DNA from: Gnetum montanum
Taxonomy: Eukaryota; Plantae; Gnetophyta
Direction: 5' to 3'
Assembly: GCA_015680685.1 (NCBI GenBank)
Contig: MNCI01000952.1
Location: 1,086,538 to 1,150,537 of the forward strand
DNA length: 64,000 bases
Shown here in pieces: positions 54,035-64,000 of the stretch; the first letter of the stretch is position 1, and each line of letters opens with the position of its first letter. Under the pieces are notes generated by a model. It made no database searches, had not been told where the DNA came from, and worked only from the letters and a program-made list of their open reading frames with translations. Position numbers and translations under genes: made by a program.

Positions 54035-55541
54035 ATTGTTATAAGAGAGAGTTTGCTAGTTATTGTTTTTATTTTTCATATTATAATTTTTCTTATTTCT
54101 TGATTTTGATGAATTATTTTTGTTTTTTTTATGTTTGCAATGTCAATAAGTAAGAACGCCTTTGCTTTGTTTTGCAAATACTATTTAAAGATAAAATGGC
54201 ATCATGAAATTAAATTATGTACTACTTTATTTTAGTTGTCTTTGGTTTAAATTTCTTGTCCCTCACAAAAATGCTAAAGGAATGTTAATAAAGTAATATT
54301 AATGTTTTGAAAAGAATGAAAAGGGAAAATTCATTTAATATTAAAGAATATTTCTTAGATTTTTATCTTTTTCAAGTAACGAAAACCAGGCCCTTCAAAG
54401 TTGAACCTCGCTATAGAAAAATTAACGTTCCTTACAAGTATATCAATGTTGATGCTTGCTATTAAATTCATAAGCAGGACTGATGACCACAAGTAGTTAA
54501 ACGCAACGACAGCAAAAACTCCTAAGTTGATCATTTTGAACTAATGGATGCAGTTGAATGGCGTAAAAGCCAAATTATTCCGATGACCTTTCATATTAGC
54601 ACAGGACCAAGGGAGTGTTACTCGTGCTGCAGTCACGTTGGGAAAAATTTACCTGCGATGTTTACCGTTCATCGTTGATAAAAGAGCGGGTAAACCGATA
54701 ACACGTGTGTCAGGTTCAGGCGTGTGCACATTATTTAATGTTAATGTTTCAATTTTATGAAAAAATTGAAAAAAGAGAATTTTAATGAACTAGCCGTATT
54801 TCGAAAAATACCGTAACCATCGATCTATAAAACTATCTTTTCACTAAAGCAATCTAAGATGAAAAACTGAGCTGCAAAACTTCTCCATGACTTGAGAATG
54901 CTCATCATAAAGATGAAATGGAAATTAAAATCACGCGTTTGCTGTATAAACAAGACGTGACGCAATAATTCTTTTCGGTCTCCCATAAACCAAAATTCGA
55001 TGAATGAACGCATCAGATTATAACGCAAGTAAACGCAATATCGAGCTCACATAAGTATTTTTTAAGCCAAAATATGAAATTGCTTACTAAAAAAAGAATT
55101 CACAGAATGGTATTAAAAAACATCCGTATCAAAAATTCGGAAATCTGTTTCGAATTTCGAATGAGCAACTTCATTGTCTGAAACGTCATTATAACTCTGA
55201 ATCAGTGTTTAAATAGTCGGGAAATATGTTCCATCGGTATGTTTCATGAATCATGATCTATTGATTTCTTTTTAAAAATAAAATTTGTTATGAACTCAAC
55301 TAGGATCAGCAAACTTTCTAACAAATTTTCTGACCGAACTTTCTCCCCAGCAATTAATCGTTATCAGTGATTTATTGCCACACTTAGAAAACTATGCTCT
55401 CAACAGCCAACACAGATGTCAGAAAATAAAACAGGTAACATGATAGAACGTTCAACACTGGAGTTGCGACACTGCTAAAATAGATTATCAAAACTGATGG
55501 GCTGCTTCCAACGCAGAAAATCAAGGAACGAGGGTTGCAGG

Positions 55542-58500
55542 TTAAGCCTTGAAACTGGCTTGGCAGTCGATGACAAAGCGATACTTAACGTCTGTTTTGT
55601 TCTATGCGCCGGAGATTCGCGATTCCCAAGAAAATCTCAGGAACCGTTCGCGGTGGATTCGGGCACCCGTACAGAAGCGTGTAAAATCCGCATTGGGTAC
55701 GTAAATTATAATTTTTGGTTCGATTTTTCAACTCTCAACGAGAACATTCATTGTCCACTAAAATCTTACCTATTTTTACTGCAGATCGCGTCAAATCTTA
55801 CCTGTTTCCTGCAAATTGCATCCGCGTCCAATACGTTTTATTTACAGACGCTCCTCCTATTCCGCCATTGATAGGGATTTGGATGCTTCTGCAGACTCTT
55901 CAAACGCTTTGTTTCTCGGGGAAAAGTTAGGACGAGCGCAACCACATATGTGGAACAATGCATTTCCTATTACAAACTTCATTTTCAGTTTTTCATTTGC
56001 AGGCAATGACGAAGAAACGATGAACATTTTTTTTGATGCAGGGGTCTCGTCTGCCCAGTCTGATTTGGGTGACCGGGTAGGAGAGTTGCCTTATCGGATT
56101 TATCTGTTGATGCTTAGATAATGAGTTGTTACCTTTACAGAATGCGCTGCACATCTATCATTCTATACTTTATTATTCTATATTTTTCAGTTTCTATATT
56201 TTTTATCATTTTATATTTTTCAAAAAATCGATCGTTTCCTTCTAGAGGAATCTGGACCGGCTTGCCGAGGCTGCATAAGCACGCATTGCGAGCGGTTCTG
56301 TTTGATCCTTAATTCTAGTTTTTGTTCTTGAAAAATTTGGATGATATTTCTTCCGTTTTTTAAATGCGAGCGCTACATGCTTTACCTTTTCCGCTGAACG
56401 TTCGCTCTTGGTTCTCACTTGTTATTTTCCGCTTCTTTCCCTTCGTGAGCACGAAATCCGCTTTTCTTCCCCTTCCGTTTTGCTTTTCCAGTTTGCGTGA
56501 GAACAGGTTCGTGTCTGATCTTTAGCAGTGGATTTTCGTATCAATTGAGTTGCCTATTTTGCTTAGATTTACTGATCTTTACTTTTCGTTTTAGTTTATT
56601 CAGATGATTTTAGAGAAAAGATTTTTATTTAGTGGATTGGTTTCGTATTTTTATTCATGGGCCATGGCCATCTCATGTTGCGTCTCTGGTTTCAGGTAAC
56701 GGCCGTGATTCCGGCCAGTCATAAATGCACAATGTGTGGCCGTCATTCCAACCAGTCATTAATGCACAACCTGTGAGGGAAAGGAATCAGTTGGTTACAA
56801 CACTGCTTTCAGGCCTCTCACCCTCTGCAAGTGCATATAGTCGAAGCATACATTTGTTCAAAGTTCAAACAAAATTTCAGCACCATATCCTTCCCAAATC
56901 TTTTTAGGAAGCCCTGGTCAACATCTGCAGTCAAACATGCAAGAGGCATGAACTCAACCCACAACAACAAATTCGAAAACTCCAAAGATCCGCCTTTGAA
57001 TCTCCTGCTATCCCAACTTTATAAAGCGAGCCCATAAGTTCAAAACGTGTCATGAACTTGCCGAGAGCATTATTAACAGCATAGAAGCAGATAGAGCTCT
57101 GTGAAAACGGTGGTGAGAAAGGGGATTATTGGCTTATATGCTTGGTATTAATTTTCTATGAAAATGTAGCAATATTTTTCCTAATGGCACAACCTATTGT
57201 TGATTTCATCCTTTATGTTAATAAAGATACACCTGCATTAGGAAAAATTTATGTAATTTATGAAAATATGTTATGTTATAGAAATTGATAGCTCTTTTGA
57301 TTTTTATAATGCTCGGTTACTTCATTGATTCAAAAAGATGGAATGTTACAAATGCCCCATTGCATATGGCTACATATGCATTAAATATTAAGTGGTATTT
57401 TTCAAAACATAGAGATAAAAATCCAACAAGGCCTTGTGACGATTTTGATGTAAGAACAACTTTTTTAGAATATGTTAAACAATTACATTCACCTTGTAAG
57501 GTTAGCTTAATTAGAAAGGAATGAAAAACATTTAAATGTGAAGATGCTATACTTGATATGGATGTAGATGGGGAGTTTGCATGGTTGAGATACTCCTAGA
57601 TTTCTTTAGCAGTGAAGTTTCTTTCTCAGATCAATTTTTTTATTAAACATATAACAAATATTAATACGTATTAATTTTCTTAATTAATTTATGAAATGTG
57701 ATGTTTGAAAACTTGAAATAGTGATGTTTTATATATCATGCATTTTTTAAACACCATGATTAATAGGCTATTAGGTCTTAAGCTTCAAATGAGTTTGTTT
57801 ATTGATGAAGTTTTGAATAATTTATAAAATGAATTTTTTAACAATGCAAAAATTTATTCTTGTTTTTATCATTCATGTAGGTTGCATCTTCTTCTAAAAG
57901 AAATTGGTCAACATATTTTTTCATTTATCGGATCAAAAAAAAGTATTAACTCCAAAAAGAGTTGAAAAATTAGTATCTCTTCATAGCATGAATGATTAGA
58001 TTGGAAGAAAGAAAGGAAATAAAATATAGGCAATCACTTACTTTTTGTTGGGATGTTAATCTACTGACATAGTTAAATATTCCTGGAGCAATGAATCTTA
58101 ATATTGATGATTCAATCCTTGATGAAGATGATTACCATGCAAATGATATTAATGACATAGAACAAAATGAAGTAGGTTTTACAAATTTACTCTTTAGAGT
58201 AGAGTTACAAATTTACTCTTTAGAGTAGAGCAAGGAGAAAATATAGGTTAAAATTAGAATATGAACAATGTGACAATTTCTAAGCTTTGGCAAGAAACTC
58301 TTTTGTGATTTAAAGAGAGATAATTTTGTAACATTATCATATATATATATATATATATATATGATAATGTTAAAATATTTTATAATACACATGAGACTCA
58401 ATACTTAATGTTTCATTGCAATCTTTTATGCAATTTTTAAGCATTAACAATATATTCTACAACGTTTTTTATATGATATATGAAATTTAATTTTTTTAAA

Positions 58501-60188
58501 AAATTAATATATTTAAATTTTCTCTATCACGTCCCCGGCTACGAACCCGTCCCCGGCTACGAATCCGTCCCCACTTTTTTTTTGAGGCACACGTACCCAA
58601 CACGAACGTTCAGAATCACGAATCCTCGCTTCCACGAATCGAATTCTCTTGATGCATAGGTTTTGTTCAGTCTTTTCATGGCAGTGTTGACATAATCCAT
58701 GGATATCTTTTCGATCATGCAAGTTATGCCGTGCTTCCCGCAGAAATCCAGCATCTCCTGAGTTTCTTGGATGCTTCCGATCACACTTCCTGCTACAGAT
58801 CGACGCGCTGCAACAAACAGCCGCTTAGTTTCCTCTTTCCACAAAAACAAACTTACAGCAACAAAATCACACGACACAGGGCCGCAACGCTGAAAGCAAG
58901 AAAAACCAACAAGTCAATACTCACCAGAGACGAGTCGAAGGGGGGAATTTCAAGAGGCTTTGGCGGAAGACCCACAATGGCAAGTTTGCCATCGCAGTTG
59001 AGCAGGTTCAGCAACGGCTGCATGGCATGATCAGCAGAGACGGTGTCCACAATATAGTCCAGAGACATTCTCGCATTTTTCATCTGAGTTGGGTCTTTAC
59101 TGACCAGGAAATCGTCTGCACCCAGAACCTGCTTGGCTTCCTTTTCTTTGTTGGGGGAAGTGCTGATCACAGTCACATGTAAGCCGAAGGCCTTGCCAAA
59201 TTTGACAGCCACATGACCAAGCCCACCCAGACCCACAACACCCAGCCTCTTTCCAGCTTCCGTCATTACGAAATGCTTCATTGGGCTGTAAACTGTTATT
59301 CCTGCGCACAGCAGAGGCGCCGCTTCGTCCAGAGGCAGATTTTCCGGCATCTTCACCACAAATCTGTTAACAGAACCAGTGTATTCTCTTATGTCTACAA
59401 TTCTATGTCCAGCATATTACTCCCACTCCACATGATTTTTCTGTCAGTTCATATAACAGAGAAGGGGGAAAGGAAACGTTACTTGTAGTTGCAGATCATG
59501 AGGTTGGAGTAGCCTCCGTAGGCTGGGGTGCCATCATAGTCGACGCTGTTATAAGTCCAGACAACCTTGGCACAGAACTGCTCCAGTCCCTTGTTGCATG
59601 AGTTGCAGTGGCCGCAGCTGTTGACCATGCATCCCACTCCTACACGATCTCCCACGCCGAAACCCTTCACCTCTGAACCCACCTCCTCCACCATCCCAAA
59701 AATCTCGTGACTGCAGTGTAAAACCCATTGCATTCATAACCGATCAATCTATTATTTCTTGAACAACTGATCATTTTATTTCAAAGTTCAGACACATGAT
59801 TTGCGTTACGATGGCTAAACGCTTAGCTTACCCGGGAACCATAGGGTACACAGATCCTCCCCAGTCGTTCTTGATTTGATGCAGATCAGAATGGCAAACG
59901 CCGCAGTACAGAATCCTGAATTTCACGTCCTCTGCCCCAGTTCGCCTGCGCCCAAAATAAAAAAGGGAAAAGAAAAAACAACTTATCGCTGCCTTATGCA
60001 GCTAGGAAGAGAGCAAAAGAAAGCACAAAATAGGCACAGGGATCTGGAAAAACAACATGAAAAGTAAAATACAGATGGGGTAAGGTAGACCTGCGAGAAA
60101 AAGAAAAGGGGGAAAGAATTCCCGAAGGATCTCCGGCAGCCCATCCTTGAACCTCAACCCTGGCTTGCTGTTCACAGGTGCTGCTCAT
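55542..60188 (-). pseudogene. CAD: CAD family copy 2, disrupted. Exons: 60188-60091, 59945-59832, 59710-59483, 59363-58925, and exon 5 split into 58807-58660 and 55593-55542
   Basis: Same intron positions and Zn/NADPH motifs as copy 1. Exon 4 is 439 nt instead of 440. Removing the hAT and one TSD restores RLNKTDVKYRFVIDCQASFKA*. Confidence 0.93.
55602..58659 (+). mobile_element. Non-autonomous hAT DNA transposon, 3058 bp
   Basis: 8-bp TSD GTTTTGTT (55594-55601, 58660-58667). Imperfect ~24-bp TIRs starting CTATGC. Subterminal repeats gtccccggctacgaa. Transposase remnants KRWNVTNAPLHMATYALN and VASSS..RNWSTYFFI (hAT dimerisation domain) at ~57180-57990. Confidence 0.93.
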
Positions 60189-60660
60189 TTTGTGTTCACC
60201 GCAAACACCGCAGAACCAGGCGCTGAATGACGGTAAAATCGGAGACAACGAAACGTTTAAATAGGGGCAATTCAGAAGGGTCTGGAACGCCCGAGAGAAC
60301 CGCATCACAAAAGCGAAAATAAAGGATCCTGCACGAGCAAATGCTCTGGGCTGTGCCAGGTGGAAAAACTATAAATCGATCACAATGGTTCTTAGTCATT
60401 TCATGTAATTCATTCATTTATATTCCATAATTATCTTGACTGTTCTGGGTCCCAGAAAAATATGTTTAAATAATACACAAAATATTCTACACAACTATGT
60501 GTAAGTAGTAAGTAGAATAATAAATGTAAGGTTGAGTATTTAGAATTTTTTCCCACATGCACAGGCCACATGCACAGGCTGAAGTACTTCGTATGAACAT
60601 TTATGTATGTCATGCATACCCTCCTCTACTATGCAGCATCTACCACATAACAGACATGAA

Positions 60661-60840
60661 TAGATTTGTTGTTTGCCTGTCCAAACTAGATTTGTGGTTT
60701 GCCTGTCCAAACCAAAAATCGTTCGTGTTGTATGAAAACTGAAATTGGTTGGTTAATTGGATTCATGGTTTGCCTTCCACGTGCACCTGTCCAAACCAAA
60801 AATGGTGTGGTATAAAAACTGAAATTGGTTGGTTAATTGT
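60661..60840. repeat. Short tandem duplications upstream of CAD copy 2, duplicating an AC-element-like site
   Basis: tagatttgt.gtttgcctgtccaaac occurs twice and aaaactgaaattggttggttaattg occurs twice. The minus strand reads ACCAACC, an AC-II-type MYB site known from lignin-pathway promoters. Confidence 0.5.
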
Positions 60841-61650
60841 GTTGAAGCTATTTGATGCTGTGCTCACCACTCTGGTCGGAAGCACAATCAAAAAGTGTAA
60901 ACAAAGGATGAGAAAACAACGAAAAAAGTCATCGTCGAATTTCACTGTTACACACGGAGAGGCGTGAGTTGTGTGTTTTGCTACGAATGAGATTAAAACT
61001 TTACGTGACGTATGGATCATTAATGATATAATCCAGGAAATCAGCTGGATACGAAACCATTCAAGATAGCAACAAGCAAGAGCTCTTGCTCTTTCTTCCA
61101 TAGTGGGTTCCATACTATGACTAGGTTCAACAGCGGTAGTGCATAATGCAAATTGCTGCATGCTGATGCAATTTCACATATCTCACATGTTTTATGTGAT
61201 GTATCTTAGCATCCTAGGTAGTATTGACACTTAGTTTATCTTTCCTACCAAGCAAAAGGTTTTGGAATCACACATTTTAAATGAATGATTCTTTCTTATT
61301 AGAAACTATGATTTATTTAGTTAGAGCATCTACCTTGTAGTTTACAAGTTACAATATTGATCCTAAGGAGTATGTTGCACTACCTAAAGATATGGGAAAC
61401 CACAACCAACTATAGTAAATAATCATCAAATCTTTCATCAACCATGATAGCATACTTTGTTATTAGCTATCTATTGTTTACTTGGTTAAAGTGTATTGTT
61501 TGTGATGTGCAAGAGCCACAACAAGTTTGATTCTAAGAGGTATGTTAATTTCACATTGTTTCAATGCTCTTTTTAAAGTATCAAGTTGTTTATTATATGT
61601 CTTAGATTTTGACCCAACCATCATTTATCTAAAATAATAATAATAATAAT

Positions 61651-62531
61651 CATCATCATCATCCTAGCCTTGTCTCAATAAAATGCAGTCAACTACTCCA
61701 TCTAAAATAAATAAATAAATAAAAACAACAACCTATAGCATGCTATGTCTTATGTTGTAACATAGTATTTTATCTTAAATATGTTTGGATCATGAAGCTT
61801 AATGAGTAATAGATATGTTCCATGTCCAACCATAAAATTAGACAAGCATATGTAGTAGACCCTATTGTAATATGTGGACAGGCTAGGTGGAGAGTAGTTG
61901 AAGTGAATTGTAGGTTATTATCTTCTTGACCACACTTGTATAGTTAGATGCTCCAAGTAAGACTCTTGGGTTGAAAACTCTATGTTATGGGTTCAAGCAA
62001 TGCTAAGTTAAAAGTTAATTTAACTATATGTATTGGTGTTAAATATTATTAATGAAAACATTTTAGGTTTTGACACCTCCACCAGTTTACCTTTATTTTA
62101 AAACACTGAATAGAAGTTGATGTAAGTGATGATAAAAGCCAACTTAGTGGGTGTTAAAACTTTAAGTAATTTGACTATAAGTACACTCCCAAGGCATATA
62201 GCTAATGAGATATTTTAGAAGAATTATAGAGTTATATAATAATGCTTCATATGTAACTCAACCTCATATTGTGTAACTACAAATCCTCATCAAACATTAA
62301 GTTAACTACTAGAGCCACCTGTCATGGCATACAAGGCAACTTAGATGTCTCAAGTTAATGCAATTTTTGCATGGTATTTAAAAGCAATATATGAGTAAAT
62401 GACATCACCTCTAGAATTTTTATTTCAAAATTCAAACATCAATATCAAAATGTACGCTAAATGGTTTAGCATTCATACTATAAAAATTAGTCAACCACAT
62501 TTTATTGAGACAAGGCTAAGATAATGATATG
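61651..62531. repeat. Two short RTE-like LINE/SINE 3'-tail fragments in opposite orientation (61651-61700 minus, 62488-62531 plus)
   Basis: Shared cattttattgagacaaggcta followed by a (GAT)n-like tail. Confidence 0.45.
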
Positions 62532-62645
62532 ATTCATACTTGATGAACAATATTTTGATTGGTCATGTTGATGCATCAATGTCAATACATAGGCAAGGTT
62601 GTGTTGATGCATCAAGCATAATATCTATATAAATGAATTCATGTA

Positions 62646-64000
62646 TGATGAGTGGCGAGGTACCCCTACACTCAACCATACGAAACGAGCGTAGCACGCG
62701 CGATCCGGTCGAACTCCACAGACTAAATGCCTAAACGCCCCATGGAACACTTGGGGTTAATCATTCGTTGTCTTCCCAGACTTACTTGTTGTTGTCACGG
62801 TGTATGGTTAAGTAAGTCCGAGGTATATGATTTTTTTGGTCTTTTCTGGTTTATCTCCTATGTTAAGGGGTGAAGGGTTGAGAGAACTAACTACTCTAAC
62901 TAATGTCCTAAGTCTAAATTAACTAGCGTCAGCATCCATTCCCACTTACCGTACACACCTTGAACTGTGCAACTGTGGCTACCAAACGCTAATCGTTACT
63001 GGGATTACCACACGTAACGCATGTGCTCGAAGCAATCGTACTGGGCACCTAACTAGCCTAAGTGCGACGAGCAGCCGATTCCTTGACTAGCCGTACACAT
63101 CCGTAGATGCTCGTAATCAAGTCGTACTTGTCCCACGTTCTAGGAGAAAAGGGTGAGAGAACCTAACTAGCCTAAGTGCGATGAGCGGCCGATTCCTTGA
63201 CTAGCCGTACACACTGGGACTACCACTGGGATTACCAAGTGTAGATCCTGGAATATGCTACTGGGTTACCAAGTAGTCACAATGCTCGTAATCAAGTCAT
63301 ACTCATACCGCATGTGACGAGCAGCCGATTCCTTGACTAGCCGTACACATCCTTAGATGCTCGTAATCAAGTCGTACTNNNNNNNNNNNNNNNNNNNNNN
63401 NNNNNNNNNNNNNNNNNNNNNNNNNNNNNNNNNNNNNNNNNNNNNNNNNNNNNNNCTGGAGTGATCAAATTGCCAGAGCTTCGCTACTTCTAGCCAGGAT
63501 TGGGAAATGAGGGGAGTGCCGCCTCTTATTTATAGATTTGGCGGTGGACAGTGATATCGCGTATGCAATATCGCAGGGGACGACGCGATATTGCAGGGGT
63601 GGAGTTCCACTTGGATAATACGTTAGTGGTTGGTGGAACTGCCTTGGGTTACTTTGTGGATAAGGTAACCTTCGGGGTGTTTGCCGTTGATTGAGTCTTG
63701 GATTTAGTGCATACACCCCAGACTCTTGTAGATGTGAGATAATGGGGCAACATTCCTTAGGATGGTCATAGTAGCAGACCTCACATCCACCATCATCGTC
63801 TGTGTCAGAATCTACAGCCACATTGGAGTTAGTGATTTTTCCCTTACCCTTGTTATGTGTAGGGCTTAAATCTCTCCACTTTTTTTTTACCTTGGTCACT
63901 ACTTTGCTCTATCTTAGACTCTTCTACGATTTTTAAGACTATTTCTATTNACATGATCGCCATCTGTACACACAACACAATCATATATTAGCAAGGGTAA
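62646..64000 (-). mobile_element. Partial Athila-like element 'E4': LTR with amplified modules, assembly gap, then gag running off the window
   Basis: The LTR end tgatgagtggcgaggtacccctacactcaaccatacgaa is identical to the solo LTR end. U3 with TATA and GATATCGC lies at ~63520-63600. The gag knuckle CEVCYYDHPKECC..GVYALNPRL is E3-like. Confidence 0.85.

Noticed and set aside
62646-62690. Hammerhead-like string TGATGAG...CGAAAC at the LTR end
   Set aside because: The required C of CUGAUGA is absent because the TG is the LTR terminus. Stem II does not pair properly, and GAAAC is not conserved in the other LTRs.
62930-63378. CRISPR-like repeat/spacer appearance
   Set aside because: The context is a eukaryotic LTR with no cas genes. 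The 'spacers' are homologous structural caps, not unique sequences.

Overview
This is land-plant nuclear DNA from a scaffolded assembly, with one N gap at about 63379-63455. It carries two 5-exon cinnamyl alcohol dehydrogenase (CAD)-family genes on the minus strand, separated by about 52 kb of nested transposons. CAD copy 1 (2240-3853) is intact. CAD copy 2 (55542-60188) carries a 1-bp frameshift and a 3058-bp hAT insertion with an 8-bp TSD. Between them lie: a large degenerate MULE/SWIM-type DNA transposon region (SWIM transposase, Ulp1-like protease, an accessory ORF and short-motif arrays); an L1 LINE; a tandem SINE pair; and four TSD-bounded insertions of one Athila-like Ty3/Gypsy clan. 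Beyond CAD copy 2 is a fifth, partial member of the clan. Two members encode gag plus a ~918-aa accessory ORF2 but no pol; one encodes gag-pol but no ORF2. The main hypothesis is a self-regulating, possibly two-component retroelement system, supported by three observations. (i) ORF2 has its own internal TATA promoter, whose upstream palindrome matches the palindrome in the very short U3 of the same element and changes with it between subfamilies. (ii) The long transcribed part of the LTR is built from structured RNA modules with compensatory base changes. (iii) These modules are duplicated and swapped between subfamilies. All domain names come from motif recognition by eye, not from database searches.
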